Source: Sphingomonadaceae bacterium (GTDB lineage: Bacteria; Chloroflexota; UBA6077). Taken from it: DNA of 38,024 nt. Below, in pieces: positions 19,450 through 29,857 of this stretch. The DNA is taken from contig JBLNDL010000014.1 in assembly GCA_050261575.1 (NCBI GenBank), positions 74,054 to 112,077 of the forward strand, read 5' to 3'. The notes below the pieces were generated by a model. The model was not told the origin of the DNA. It did not search any database and saw only the letters and a program-made list of their open reading frames with translations. Made by a program: the position numbers and the translations under genes. The number at the start of each line of letters is the position of its first letter. The stretch's first letter is position 1.

Positions 19450-19537
19450 GCCATGCTGGGCGAAGCGAAGCACCTCCACGTGAGGAGACACGCCCGCACT
19501 GCCACGTGGAGCCCCTTCACCTGCGGCTCAGGGTGAC
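19450..19537. repeat. Degenerate palindromic repeat of the GTCATCCTGAGCGAAGCGAAG...CTCAGGGTGAC type
   Basis: GCCATGCTGGGCGAAGCGAAG left arm, CTCAGGGTGAC right arm, internal CTCCACGTG/CACGTGGAG stem. Confidence 0.6.
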
Positions 19538-19670
19538 GATGAGCAAGCCCTGGAAACCGGAGTGAGGGCCGAGGGACGGGTTACCCGCGCGGGGCATGCC
19601 CCCGAACGCTCCCTCGAGCTGCGTGCCCTTGGATCCGTTACCGGATGGCCGAGTGTCGCGGAGGTAAAGC

Positions 19671-20513
19671 ATGAACGTCGAGGTAGTCTTCCTTCCCCCC
19701 ATCGCCACCGATCTCCCTACCAAAGTGTGCGTCGTGATCGACGTGCTGAGGGCGACCTCGACCCTGGTGGCCATGTTCGAGGCCGGGACGAGCCGGGTGA
19801 CTCTTGCCGAGACGATTCCGGGCGCCCTGGAATACGCCGAGAGTTGCGAGGTGAGGCCGCTGGTGTGCGGAGAGTCCGGCGGGCTGCCTCCCGCGGGTTT
19901 CGACCTGGGCAACTCGCCGCGCGAGTTCCGGCTGGAGACGGTGAACGGGCGGAGCATCTCCTTCTGCACCTCGAACGGGACGCGTGCCATGTGGCAGGTT
20001 GCCTCCGCGCCCGTCGTGCTGGCGGGGAGCCTGTTGAACGCCACTGCCGTGGTCCGTACCGCAATGAGTGAGGCCAGAGCGAGGAGGCTGGACATCGCCT
20101 TCGTCTGCTCAGGGGACTACATGGGGAGCAAGTTCGCCATCGACGACGCGTTTTGCGCGGGCTACCTGGTCTCCCTGTTGGAGAGGGAGGCAGCGGATGA
20201 TGCGGCGAGTGCGGAGCGCCGGCAGGTGGGCACGCCCGGTCGCGACGAAGTCGCCCAGGAGGTCACACTGGAGGAGTCCGCCCTCGCGGCCTTGAGGCTG
20301 TTCCGGTCCTACCTGCCGGAGGCGGGCGCGGGCGAGGTGTCGGGGCGGGACGTGCCCCGAGAGGCGATCCTGCGGGCCTTCTGGGAGTCCCACAACGCCC
20401 AGGTGCTGAAGCGAGTGGGTCTGGAGGCGGACGTGGAGTTCTGCGCCCAGATCGACGTGAGCGAGAGGGTTCCCCGTCTCCGGATGGAGGCGGGGAAGCT
20501 GGTGCTGGTGTGA
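19671..20513 (+). CDS. comB: 2-phosphosulfolactate phosphatase family protein
   Basis: VIDVLRATST, CGESGG, GFDLGNSP, TSNGT, DDAFCAG; GGAGG RBS. Confidence 0.88.
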   Translation: MNVEVVFLPPIATDLPTKVCVVIDVLRATSTLVAMFEAGTSRVTLAETIPGALEYAESCEVRPLVCGESGGLPPAGFDLGNSPREFRLETVNGRSISFCTSNGTRAMWQVASAPVVLAGSLLNATAVVRTAMSEARARRLDIAFVCSGDYMGSKFAIDDAFCAGYLVSLLEREAADDAASAERRQVGTPGRDEVAQEVTLEESALAALRLFRSYLPEAGAGEVSGRDVPREAILRAFWESHNAQVLKRVGLEADVEFCAQIDVSERVPRLRMEAGKLVLV

Positions 20514-20660
20514 GCCACGCATACTCGGTGCGCCCGCAGCTCCTCCGCGGCTGCCTCTAAGATGGCGATACCTTCGTCGATCAACTCGACCGACGGAGCG
20601 AAGGTGAAGCGCAGATACTTCCCTCGTTTGGAAGCGAGGCCGCAATCCAGGGCCTGATCG
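20514..20660 (-). pseudogene. Possible remnant C-terminus of a class I/II PLP-dependent aminotransferase
   Basis: Minus-strand frame reads GKYLRFTFAPSVELIDEGIAILEAAAEEL, resembling the LRxxFA...EGxxxL terminal motif; the rest of the gene is absent. Confidence 0.5.
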
Positions 20661-20757
20661 CCGTGGACGCAAGCGTGGTGTCGGCTTCGAGTCGCGAGTG
20701 ACTGACGTTGGGGAACTGACCCAGCGCTGGATGGGAGCGAGTGGCTTGTCTGAGGTG

Positions 20758-21471
20758 ATGGAGCAATCGGGAGAGACCCTGGCGGCACGCGTCGAGGAGG
20801 TCCGCCGGCTGCTGGAGGAGGAGTACGGGCGGCCCGCGCCGCGCAGGAGGATGAGGCCACTGGATGAGTTGATCCTCACGATCCTCTCCCAGCACACCTC
20901 CGATTCCAACTCGGGGCGGGCTTTCCAGAGCTTGAAGGAGCGTTTCGACTCGTGGGAGGCGGTGCGGGATGCCGATCCCGAGGCCATCGAGGAGGCCATC
21001 AGGTGTGGGGGATTGGCTGGCATCAAGGCCAGGAGGATCAAGGACCTGCTGCTGCGGCTATCCGCCGAGGAGGGCGGACTCGACCTCGACTTTCTGAGGG
21101 GGAAACCCCTGGACGAGGCGAGGGAGTATCTGCTGCGGCTGGACGGGGTCGGGCCGAAGACGGCCGCCTGCGTGCTGCTCTTCTCCTGCGACCTGCCCGC
21201 ATTCCCGGTGGACACCCACATCCATCGGGTGACGCGCCGCCTCGGGTTGATCGGCCCCACCACCTCGGCGGAGGAGGCCCACCTGCTCTTGGAGGGCGTG
21301 GTTCCTCCTGGAGAGGTGTATCCCTTCCACGTCAACGTGATAGCCCACGGCCGGAGGGTGTGTAAGGCTCAGCGGCCACGCTGCCAGTCGTGTGTGCTGG
21401 CGGCGAGGTGCGCATTCTTCGCCGGCCGGCAGTCGGCGGTCGGCGATCAACGGCGGGCTGCTGGCGAATAG
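20758..21471 (+). CDS. nth: Endonuclease III-like HhH-GPD DNA glycosylase with 4Fe-4S cluster
   Basis: ILSQHTSD, LDGVGPKTA (HhH), FPVDTHIHRV, CKAQRPRCQSCVLAARC; start 20758 or 20698. Confidence 0.88.
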   Translation: MEQSGETLAARVEEVRRLLEEEYGRPAPRRRMRPLDELILTILSQHTSDSNSGRAFQSLKERFDSWEAVRDADPEAIEEAIRCGGLAGIKARRIKDLLLRLSAEEGGLDLDFLRGKPLDEAREYLLRLDGVGPKTAACVLLFSCDLPAFPVDTHIHRVTRRLGLIGPTTSAEEAHLLLEGVVPPGEVYPFHVNVIAHGRRVCKAQRPRCQSCVLAARCAFFAGRQSAVGDQRRAAGE

Positions 21472-21484
21472 CTGCCGATGGCCA

Positions 21485-22132
21485 TCAGACCGAGAACTCG
21501 ATGGTGCTGACCGTGGTGAGGTGGGCTGTGCTGGCGATCTCCAGCAGGTCGATCCGCCCGTCTCGTAACTCGAGCAGGTTGATGGCGCAGTTGGACTGGC
21601 GCGCCCCGTCCCACAGCCGGGATAGCGGCCACCCCTGTGCGTGGCAGATGATCGTTCTTATGACCGTGTTGTGGGTCACGGCGCAGATCGCCTGCCCGGG
21701 GTGGCGTGCCCGGATCTCTGCGAGGAATCGAAGCGACCGTTCTTGGATCTGGGCCACGCTTTCACCCCCCGGCATTCGATGCTGGTGTGGGCGGGACCTC
21801 CAGGTCTCGAACTGCTGAGGCCATCCGGCCCCGACCTCCTCGTAGCTCTTCCCCGTCCAGTCGCCGCAGTCGATCTCGCGCAACTCCGCACGAGAAATGA
21901 CGGCGAGGCCGAGGCGCGAGGCTAGCGGCTCCGCAGTCTTCATCGATCGACCGAGGTCGGAGGAGTAGACGGCCGCGATCGCCTCGGCGGCGAGGTGGGA
22001 GGCCAGTTGGTTGGCCTGTCGCAGGCCGGTGGGTGTCAGCGGAGAATCCAGGTGCCCCTGGAAGACTTGGGCGGCGTTCCATTCGGTTTCGCCGTGGCGA
22101 ACGAGGAAGAGCCTGGTGAGCTTGCGATCCAA
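21485..22132 (-). CDS. Histidine phosphatase (phosphoglycerate mutase/CobC family)
   Basis: LVRHGETEWN, YSSDLGRS, LREIDCGDWTG, PGGES, VTH; probable TTG start with AGGAG RBS. Confidence 0.9.
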   Translation of the reverse strand: MDRKLTRLFLVRHGETEWNAAQVFQGHLDSPLTPTGLRQANQLASHLAAEAIAAVYSSDLGRSMKTAEPLASRLGLAVISRAELREIDCGDWTGKSYEEVGAGWPQQFETWRSRPHQHRMPGGESVAQIQERSLRFLAEIRARHPGQAICAVTHNTVIRTIICHAQGWPLSRLWDGARQSNCAINLLELRDGRIDLLEIASTAHLTTVSTIEFSV

Positions 22133-22246
22133 GATACGACTCCTGAGTGAATCCTCGACAGATGTGGGAGGGGCAGACCTGTGAGCCTGCCCAGGGCGCA
22201 CGCGCGGATGCGCCACCACCAGGTATCAGTGGCATTGCGGCTGGAA

Positions 22247-24157
22247 TCAGACTAGTACCCGCTCGTCCCCCACGCGGCGGGTGATTCGCTTCTCGTCGAG
22301 GTGCTCCATGATGGCGAGGGCGTACTTGCGGCTGGTGTTGAAGCGGTCGCGCACCGCTGCGACGGTGATCGGACCCTGCATGCGAATCATTTCGACGATG
22401 GTCTGCACCATCTCGGTGTAGACCTGCTTCTCCAGCACGATCCCCGGGGCGACCTCCACCACCAGCCCCTGGGCGGTCAGCGCGGCGAGCGCTTCCGTGT
22501 CCAGATGGAAGCGAGCCAGCAGCTCCGAGACGGCGGGCGGGGATACCTCGCTCGCCTTGAGTGCGGCCACGAACTGGTCGATCCGTCTCTGCAGATCCTC
22601 GTCGAACCGCACATCGTGGCCGGCGCGTGCCATCAGCGGGCCGTCCTCGGTCACGATCCCATCGCTCAGCAATTGAGCCTCCACTCGGCTGAAGGCTCGG
22701 GCGTCCAACCCGCTCCTGCTCCGTACCTCCTCCCTCGGCATGCCTCGCCTCAGGGGATACTCCGCGTGGTAGGCGACGAGCAGGTCCTCTATCCTCTGTC
22801 GCAGCGTGGACCAGGCGGCGGTGGTGATGAGCAGGCTCTGGGCGTTCAGCGTGGGGGTGTCGCTGGTTCCTCCCTTTGCCGCATCCAGCAGGAGCAACTG
22901 GCCCTTTGCGAGCAGGTCGCTCGCGGCCTGCCGTACCTGGTCCTGGGAGAGCCCGCTCCGGCGCGCGACGGTCTGCAACTCCATCGGCGCGGCCGGAGGC
23001 ATCTGCTGCAGCACGATTTCCTCAGGCGTGCCCCGTTCCAGGGTGCTGAGGCTCTCCACCAACTGGGCCTGGAAGCGACGATGGCGCTTGGGATGTGGGT
23101 CCACCACCATCCCGCCACCGACGGTGAAGCTGGGGGACGGGATTCGGACGATGAACTGGTCTCCCCGAGCCACGGCGACGGGATCGGCCAGGCGCAACTG
23201 GGCCCACCCACTCCGGCCGGGTTCCAGCCTGTCCGCGTCCAGCAGGGAGAGCTTGGCCACGCTCTCGGTGGCGCCTGCGTGGAAGGTGAGCTCGTCCCCG
23301 TGCTCCAGCGGCTTCGGCGCGGCGCCGATCACCTGCAGCTTCACGTCCAAAGCCTTGGTCGGCCACAGCCAGCCCGGCGTGGTGACGACGTCGCCTCTCC
23401 TGATCTCGTCGGTGGCGAGGGAGGCGAGGTTCACGGCCACCCGGCTCCCTGGGCGCGCCACGTCGGTCTTCTTCTTGTGAGACTGGATCCCCCGCACCCG
23501 CGACTTCTTGCCCGAGGGGAGAAGCTCCACCTCCTGGCCCACCCGCAGCTCGCCGTCGATCAGGGTTCCCGTGATGACGGTGCCGAACCCTGGGACGGTA
23601 AAGACCCTGTCTACTGGGATCCTGGCCTTGCCGACGTCGCGCTTCGGGGGGACGGCGGCGAGCACGCGGTCCAGGGTGGCCAGCAGCTCCTGCAACCCCC
23701 TGCCGGTGGTGGAAGACACGGGAAGCATGGGTGCTCCGGCCAGGGAGGTTGGGCCAAGCCTCTCCTCCACCTCGGCTTTCACCAGCTCCATCCACTCCTC
23801 GTCCACCAGGTCGGCCTTGGTGATCGCAACCACGCCTCGAGCGATGCCCAGCAGATCCAAGATCGCCAGGTGCTCGTCGGTCTGGGGCATGGGGCCCTCG
23901 TCGGCCGCCACCACCAGCAGAGCCACGTCGATGCCGCCCACGCCCGCCAGCATGTTCTTGATGAAGCGCTCGTGGCCGGGGACATCGACGATGCTGATCT
24001 CCTGGCCGCTGGGCAGCTTGAGCCAGGCGAAGCCGAGGTCGATGGTCATGCCCCGCTCTTTTTCTTCCCGCAGCCGGTCCGGATCGATACCGGTGAGGGC
24101 ATGGACCAGGGTGGACTTGCCGTGGTCCACGTGCCCGGCGGTTCCGACGACGTACAC
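22247..24157 (-). CDS. selB: Selenocysteine-specific elongation factor
   Basis: [38 protein letters not shown]-terminal [13 protein letters not shown]...TRRVGDERV winged-helix. Confidence 0.97.
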   Translation of the reverse strand: MYVVGTAGHVDHGKSTLVHALTGIDPDRLREEKERGMTIDLGFAWLKLPSGQEISIVDVPGHERFIKNMLAGVGGIDVALLVVAADEGPMPQTDEHLAILDLLGIARGVVAITKADLVDEEWMELVKAEVEERLGPTSLAGAPMLPVSSTTGRGLQELLATLDRVLAAVPPKRDVGKARIPVDRVFTVPGFGTVITGTLIDGELRVGQEVELLPSGKKSRVRGIQSHKKKTDVARPGSRVAVNLASLATDEIRRGDVVTTPGWLWPTKALDVKLQVIGAAPKPLEHGDELTFHAGATESVAKLSLLDADRLEPGRSGWAQLRLADPVAVARGDQFIVRIPSPSFTVGGGMVVDPHPKRHRRFQAQLVESLSTLERGTPEEIVLQQMPPAAPMELQTVARRSGLSQDQVRQAASDLLAKGQLLLLDAAKGGTSDTPTLNAQSLLITTAAWSTLRQRIEDLLVAYHAEYPLRRGMPREEVRSRSGLDARAFSRVEAQLLSDGIVTEDGPLMARAGHDVRFDEDLQRRIDQFVAALKASEVSPPAVSELLARFHLDTEALAALTAQGLVVEVAPGIVLEKQVYTEMVQTIVEMIRMQGPITVAAVRDRFNTSRKYALAIMEHLDEKRITRRVGDERVLV

Positions 24158-24303
24158 AGCGACTCCCCGGTTTGGTCCTGCGTCCTGTGCCCCAAAGGGT
24201 GGTGCGAGTCACTCAGGGCACAGCACTCAGGACGCTGGACTGGACGATGCTCCTCGGTGCGACACCGTTGCGCAACTACCGACGATTATACCCGTTCCCC
24301 GCG

Positions 24304-25695
24304 TCACTTCGTGGCGGCGGCCACCAGGTGCTCGCAGACCACCTGGTCGTCCTCCGGCCGGACGGTCCGGAGGTCCAGCAGCAGCAGGTCGTGTTCGATG
24401 CGGGACACCAGTGGAGGATCCATCCTCCGCAGCCGCGCCGCCAACTCCGAGGCAGTGGGCCCCTCGGAGGGTGGGGTGATCGCGATCAGGCGGGTTCGGA
24501 GTGTCTCGCCGGGGAGGGAGCCGCCGCCCACCGTGGAGAGGCCGTCGATCAGCTCTGCCGCAAGCCCGCCCTCGCGGAGCCGTCGAGCCAGTCGGGCAGC
24601 GCGTTCCTCGATCTCCTCGACCGGCGTCGAGATCATCCGCCAGACCGGCACCTTGCTCGTGGCCTCGCCCATCAGGTAGTGGTTCAGGGTGGCAACCAGG
24701 GCTGCGATGGTCATCTTGTCCACTCGGATCGCCCGGGCGAGGGGGTGCCGGCGCAGGGCCTCCACCAGTCTCGCCTTGCCCGCGATCAGCCCCGCCTGTG
24801 GGCCGCCCAGCAGCTTGTCGCCGCTGAAGCTCACCAGGTCGACGCCGGCCGCCACCCTCTCCTGGACCATTGGCTCGTGTTGGAGGCCATAGTGCGCCGT
24901 GTCCAGGAAGGAGCCGCTGCCCAGGTCGTCCACCACGGGGATGCCCCTCCGGCGACCGAGATCGACCAGCTCCTCGGTCGTAGTGGAGTGGACGAACCCC
25001 TCCACGCGGAAGTTGCTTGGGTGGACGTGGAGCAGCAACGCTGTGTCGGGGGTGATGGCATCCTCGTAGTCCCGGAGGTAGGTGCGGTTGGTGGTGCCTA
25101 CCTCCACCAGCCTCGCCCCGCTCTGCCTCAGCACGTCGGGGATGCGGAAGCCGCCACCGATCTCGACCGCCTGGCCTCGCGATACGATCACTTCCCGCCC
25201 CTGCGCGAAGGAGGAGAGGATCAATAGCACGGCGCTGGCGTTGTTGTTGACGGCGATCGCATCCTCGGCGCCGGTGATCCGGCGCAGCAACTCGGACACG
25301 TGGTCGTGGCGGGAGCCCCGGGTCCCCTCCTCCAGGCGGTACTCCAGATTGCTGTATCCGCTCGCGACCTGGAGCACGGCGCGCTGCGCGTCGTCGCTGA
25401 GGGGCGCGCGCCCCAGGTTGGTGTGGATGATGACGCCGGTTGCGTTGATCACGGGCCGCAGGGAGGGGCGGAAGGCGCGCGCGAGCCGCCGCTCGGCCGC
25501 CTCCACCAGGATGGCGGCATCGGTGCGCGTCTCCACTCCCGCGCGAATGGCGCCACGGGCCTCTTCGAGGACGTCTCGAAGGGCCTGGACCACCTGCTGC
25601 CGTGGGTAGCGCTCCGCCAGCTCCGCCGCCCGCGCCTCCTTCAGGAGGCGGCCGACGCTGGGAAGCGCGCGGAGCGCCGTGGCGGTGTCGGTCAT
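24304..25695 (-). CDS. selA: L-seryl-tRNA(Sec) selenium transferase
   Basis: [63 protein letters not shown] 25695 with GGAGG RBS. Confidence 0.97.
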   Translation of the reverse strand: MTDTATALRALPSVGRLLKEARAAELAERYPRQQVVQALRDVLEEARGAIRAGVETRTDAAILVEAAERRLARAFRPSLRPVINATGVIIHTNLGRAPLSDDAQRAVLQVASGYSNLEYRLEEGTRGSRHDHVSELLRRITGAEDAIAVNNNASAVLLILSSFAQGREVIVSRGQAVEIGGGFRIPDVLRQSGARLVEVGTTNRTYLRDYEDAITPDTALLLHVHPSNFRVEGFVHSTTTEELVDLGRRRGIPVVDDLGSGSFLDTAHYGLQHEPMVQERVAAGVDLVSFSGDKLLGGPQAGLIAGKARLVEALRRHPLARAIRVDKMTIAALVATLNHYLMGEATSKVPVWRMISTPVEEIEERAARLARRLREGGLAAELIDGLSTVGGGSLPGETLRTRLIAITPPSEGPTASELAARLRRMDPPLVSRIEHDLLLLDLRTVRPEDDQVVCEHLVAAATK

Positions 25696-26315
25696 GTCTG
25701 CCTCCCCTGGAATCTTACCAGGCCGAGAGCCAGCATGCGGGCCAGGGCCGCCAGGTCCTCGGTGGGGAGACAGCGGGGGGCTACGGCGTCGAACAGCAGG
25801 CTGGCCTCGGCTCTCTGCTCCTCGTCTGCCGTCCACAGGAGGCAGGCCATCGGGAGGTGGGGCAGTGCCTGGAAGGTGTAGGAGACGTCGGCCATCGTGT
25901 CCCGCACGCCGCCCAGGGCCTCCGCCGCGGCGGCCAGCCCCTCGGCGTTCGAGCCGAAGGCATCCACCAGAGGAGCCAGACACTGCCTCCGAAATGCCTG
26001 CTCGTAGACTGCGCCGCCTGGGAGACTCCGAAAGGGAATCCACTGGCGGGACACGGGGCAGCCGTCCGCCGTGGCCAGGTAATGGAGCAGCACCAAGGTG
26101 GTGGTCGCGCCGGTCTCGGCGCCGGTGGACGCATCGTAGGCCAGCGCCTCCGGCAGCGGAATCCTGTAGTGCCGTCCCAGCAGCCTCAGGAGGAATGTGG
26201 GGCTGCCCTCGCGCTCGATCAATTGCGCCCCGCTGCGCTCGGCGACCGTGGAGGGATCGAGGGCGCGAAGTCTCCGCTGAGCGAGCTCCAGGGCCGGGCG
26301 GTAGTTGGTCTGCAC
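25692..26315 (-). CDS. DUF3786-domain protein
   Basis: LLHYL, WIPFRSLPGG..Y..AF, ALPHLPM...W.ADEE...A.LLFD...LPTEDL pattern; probable GTG start 26315 because a promoter lies inside the longer ORF; stop overlaps the selA ATG. Confidence 0.78.
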   Translation of the reverse strand: MQTNYRPALELAQRRLRALDPSTVAERSGAQLIEREGSPTFLLRLLGRHYRIPLPEALAYDASTGAETGATTTLVLLHYLATADGCPVSRQWIPFRSLPGGAVYEQAFRRQCLAPLVDAFGSNAEGLAAAAEALGGVRDTMADVSYTFQALPHLPMACLLWTADEEQRAEASLLFDAVAPRCLPTEDLAALARMLALGLVRFQGRQT

Positions 26316-26344
26316 GTGCACGTCCCAGAGGCGATGGTGAGGGG

Positions 26345-26374
26345 ATTCTAGCCCTCTGGCTCGGGGCGTGTAAA
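26345..26374 (-). promoter_or_regulatory. sigma70-type promoter for DUF3786-selA(-selB)
   Basis: Minus strand reads TTTACA-18 bp-TAGAAT. Confidence 0.6.
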
Positions 26375-26420
26375 GGATGTCCTGCGTGGAGCCGGCCGCA
26401 AGCACTGTCTTCCAGGCCAT

Positions 26421-26465
26421 CCCCCTTTGAGGTGGGGCTCATAGGCGCCCCACTCCAAAGGGGGC
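26421..26465. repeat. GC-rich hairpin (REP- or terminator-like)
   Basis: CCCCCTTTG..GTGGGGC / GCCCCAC..CAAAGGGGG, followed by GTTTT on the plus strand. Confidence 0.55.
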
Positions 26466-26658
26466 GTTTTCTGGTAGACTAGCGCCGCCGGATCATGCGC
26501 CTCGGCGTGCGGAATCTCCTGGTCGTACTGTGCGCCTGGCTGTACACCGTGGGGGCGGCCCTATCTGTCCGCCCAGGGCACACCCGTGCGCGCCTCTACC
26601 GCATCGTCCGGCGCGGTAACCCAGCATACTCGTTGCTGCTGAACTGATGGGGAGGAGC

Positions 26659-27666
26659 ATGGCCGAACCCCCGCCGCTGGCAAGCGTCGTGATAGCCAAC
26701 TGGAACGGGCGCGTCCACCTGGAGCGCTGTTTGGCGGCGCTGGCCTCCCAGAGCCTGGACCGCTTCGAGGTGATCCTGGTGGACAACGGTTCCACGGATG
26801 GATCCGCGGAGATGGTGAGCGAGCGCTTCCCGTGGGTTCGGCTGATCGTGTGTCCCCGGAACCTTGGCTTCGCCGCTGCCAACAACGTGGGGATTCTGGC
26901 CAGCGCGGCGCAGTTCGTCGCCACCCTCAACAACGACACTGAGCCGCGCCCAGATTGGCTGGAGCGGTTGCTGGCGCCGGCACTGGCCGACGACGGGGTG
27001 GGAATGGTCGCCTCCAAGATGGTCTTTGCCCACCGGCCGGGCACGATCAACTCGGCCGGCATCGCCCTGGATCCGGCGGGCATCGCCTGGGATCGGTTGG
27101 GGGGCGAGCCGGATCGGGGGGGCGGTGCCGTCGAGGAGGTGTTCGGGCCCTGCGCGGGGGCGGCCCTCTACCGGCGGGCGATGCTGGACGAGGTCGGACT
27201 GTTCGACGAGGATTTCTTCGCCTACCTGGAGGATCTGGACCTGGCGTGGCGGGCCCGGCTGGCCGGCTGGAGGGCCCTCTACGCGCCGGATGCGGTGGTC
27301 ACCCACGTCCACTCCGCAACGGGGGTGGAGGGGTCGCCGTTCAAGAGCTACCATCTGGGCCGAAACAAGCTGTGGACCATCTTCAAAAACTACCCGGCGC
27401 CCCAGATATTCCTGGCTCTGCCCCTCATAGTGGCCTACGACCTGGCGGCTACCCTCTACGGTGTGATTTCTCGGAGGGACTTCGCCTCACTCGAGGGGCG
27501 GCTGGCGGGGATGATCGGGCTTCCGCGACAGTGGTCGAAGCGGCGGAGAGTGCAGCGGATGCGCCGAGTAGCCTACTCTACCCTGGCAAGACAGATGGCG
27601 CCCCTGGCGTCGCCACTCGGAGTGCTGGCCCGATACCGGCACCTGCGTTGGGAGGAAGCATGCTGA
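26659..27666 (+). CDS. Glycosyltransferase family 2 (rhamnosyltransferase-like)
   Basis: [45 protein letters not shown]; start 26659 (GGAGG RBS) or 26647. Confidence 0.92.
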   Translation: MAEPPPLASVVIANWNGRVHLERCLAALASQSLDRFEVILVDNGSTDGSAEMVSERFPWVRLIVCPRNLGFAAANNVGILASAAQFVATLNNDTEPRPDWLERLLAPALADDGVGMVASKMVFAHRPGTINSAGIALDPAGIAWDRLGGEPDRGGGAVEEVFGPCAGAALYRRAMLDEVGLFDEDFFAYLEDLDLAWRARLAGWRALYAPDAVVTHVHSATGVEGSPFKSYHLGRNKLWTIFKNYPAPQIFLALPLIVAYDLAATLYGVISRRDFASLEGRLAGMIGLPRQWSKRRRVQRMRRVAYSTLARQMAPLASPLGVLARYRHLRWEEAC

Positions 27667-28148
27667 GCAATCAGGAGATCCAGTCGATCATCCCCCACCG
27701 GTTCCCATTCCTGCTCGTGGACAGGATCGTGGAGCTGGAGGAGGGGGTTCGCGCAGTGGGCATCAAGGCGGTGAGCGCCAACGAGCCCTTCTTCCAGGGG
27801 CACTTCCCGGGCTACCCGGTGATGCCGGGGGTGCTCATCGTGGAGGCGCTGGCCCAGGTGGGGGCGGTGGCGCTGCTGAAGGTGCCCGAGAACCACGGCA
27901 AGATCGCCTTCTTTGCCGGCATCGATGGCTTCCGTTTCAGGAAGCAGGTGGTCCCCGGGGACGTGCTGAGGCTAGAGGTCCAACTGACCAGGATGCGTGG
28001 CCCGGTCGGCAAGGGCACGGCGCGCGCGACGGTGGACGGCGACGTGGCGGCGGAGGGTGAGCTGATGTTCGCGATCGGACCGTCCTCGGCTGCACCGGGG
28101 CCGAAGCCCAAGGACCTGGTCCACGGGGAAGAGGGAGGCCGGCCGTAG
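27660..28148 (+). CDS. fabZ: 3-hydroxyacyl-ACP dehydratase
   Basis: [48 protein letters not shown]. Confidence 0.96.
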   Translation: MLSNQEIQSIIPHRFPFLLVDRIVELEEGVRAVGIKAVSANEPFFQGHFPGYPVMPGVLIVEALAQVGAVALLKVPENHGKIAFFAGIDGFRFRKQVVPGDVLRLEVQLTRMRGPVGKGTARATVDGDVAAEGELMFAIGPSSAAPGPKPKDLVHGEEGGRP

Positions 28149-28222
28149 ACGCCAGTCGATCCTGCCGCTGCGTTTCAGCCGAGCGGTCCGGCGGCGCAAC
28201 CAGTGCCAGGCTCCGCCTGTGG

Positions 28223-29659
28223 ATGCTGCGGGCGGGCGGCGTGGCCTCGAGGCTGGCGGGGCAGGCAGTTCCGGCGCGACTTCCCGACCGCCCGAGGGTG
28301 CTGCTGGTCCGCCCCGACCACCTGGGCGACCTGCTCATGTCCGCGCCAGCCGTGGAACTGCTGCGGAAGATGCTGCCCCACGCGCATCTGACGATGATGG
28401 TGGGGCCATGGGGCGTGGAGATCGCCAGGCGCGATCCTCTGCTGGACGAGGTCCTCACCTGCCCCTTCCCAGGCTTCACGCGCGAGCCGAAGGGCTCTGC
28501 GGTCGCCCCTTATCGACTGCTCTGGAAGACTGCTCGGGAGTTGAGGCGGGGAAGGTACGATGCCGTGCTGCTGCTGCGATTCGACCATTGGTGGGGAGCC
28601 TGGATGGCGGCGCTGGCGGGGACACCGGTGAGGGTCGGCCACGGCGTTCCGGAGTGCCTGCCCTTTCTCACTCACGTGGTCGAGCCGGTGGGGCGAGGTC
28701 CACTGGCGTGTGGCGCACGCTGGTGCGAGACGCAAACAGAGACCGTGGGGAGGTGCGGGGGCGGACCCGCGCGTTCGCCCAGCCCGGATGTAGGTGGCGA
28801 GGCTGCACCTGCATGTGCAGCCCTGCCGGGGGCCGGCGCTCCCAATGCGCATCGCGCATCTCCGGGGTGCGGCATGCTTCCCACGTCTGGCCACTGGGTG
28901 GAGCAGTCGCTGGCAGTGGCCGAGGAGCTGCTGGTGGCCTGGGGCGTCGGTGGCAATGCCGGCTTCAGCTCTTCTCTGGGGCGAGCACACGAAGGACTGA
29001 AGTCGTTACCTCGGATCGATTCGGAGCCTGCGGGGTCGCTACCACGAAAGGAGTTCGCGGGTGTGCCGCGCGGGCTCGGGCTCCGGTTTGCCTTGACGGA
29101 AGAGGACGAGGCGAAGGCCAGGCGGCTCGTGGTGGAACTCGGCCTTTCCACCGATCGACCGCTGGTGGCCTTCCATCCCGGCACCGGCTCACCCCTCAAG
29201 CTGTGGCTCGAGGAGAGATGGGTGGGGCTGGGCCGGACCCTCGCGTCTCGGGGCGCGCAGGTGGTGGTGACCGGGTCGCCTGCGGAGAGCCGCGGCGCGG
29301 AGCGGATAGCTGGGGCGATACCCGACGCTCACTCGCTGGCCGGACGGACGGATCTGGGTTCGCTCGCAGCGCTGTTCCGTCGATGCAACGTGGTGGTGGG
29401 CGTGGACAGCGGGCCCCTCCACCTGGCGGTGGCGGTCGGCGTGTCCACGGTTCACCTCTTCGGACCTACCGACCCAGCCCTCTTCGGCCCCTGGGGGGAT
29501 CCCGCGCTGCATCGGGTGGTGAAGGGCGAGTGGCCTGGGGCGCCCTGCGGGCGGCTGGACTTGGCGCCGCCCAGCGGGGAGTATGCGGGTTGTATGGAGT
29601 CGATCTCACTCGACCGGGTGGTGGCGGAGTGCGAGGAGTTGCTGTGGGGACGCCGCTAG
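28223..29659 (+). CDS. Glycosyltransferase family 9 (heptosyltransferase-like) with in-frame insertions
   Basis: RPDHLGDLL, FHPGTG...KLW, LAGRTDL, GVDSGPLHLA, LFGPT. Confidence 0.88.
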   Translation: MLRAGGVASRLAGQAVPARLPDRPRVLLVRPDHLGDLLMSAPAVELLRKMLPHAHLTMMVGPWGVEIARRDPLLDEVLTCPFPGFTREPKGSAVAPYRLLWKTARELRRGRYDAVLLLRFDHWWGAWMAALAGTPVRVGHGVPECLPFLTHVVEPVGRGPLACGARWCETQTETVGRCGGGPARSPSPDVGGEAAPACAALPGAGAPNAHRASPGCGMLPTSGHWVEQSLAVAEELLVAWGVGGNAGFSSSLGRAHEGLKSLPRIDSEPAGSLPRKEFAGVPRGLGLRFALTEEDEAKARRLVVELGLSTDRPLVAFHPGTGSPLKLWLEERWVGLGRTLASRGAQVVVTGSPAESRGAERIAGAIPDAHSLAGRTDLGSLAALFRRCNVVVGVDSGPLHLAVAVGVSTVHLFGPTDPALFGPWGDPALHRVVKGEWPGAPCGRLDLAPPSGEYAGCMESISLDRVVAECEELLWGRR

Positions 29660-29857
29660 TGGTGCGGCGCGAACGGGGGTCCGTGGGGCAGGGGGTTGCC
29701 CCCGCCGCGGAGATGTGGCAGGGAGATCACCGTGACGGCTAGTCCTTGGCCGAATCGGTCGATGGGATGCGCGGTCGTCCCAGGCCCCACCGGCGTTGGG
29801 AACGACGCCGGCTTCGGGAGCATCACGGAGTCGGGGTCGTCCCAACCCCGACGGTCG

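Noticed and set aside
22301..24679. 792-aa plus-strand ORF and other long overlapping ORFs (e.g. 3164..5236, 28219..29742)
   Set aside because: Antisense or shifted-frame shadows of real high-GC genes with no recognisable motifs.
26316..26420. ATG start at 26420 for the DUF3786 gene
   Set aside because: A TTTACA/TAGAAT promoter lies inside this stretch and the ATG abuts a hairpin, so GTG at 26315 is more plausible.
25696..26442. 712-aa SelA with long N-terminal extension
   Set aside because: The extension is an alternate frame over the DUF3786 gene; SelA homology and RBS begin at 25695.
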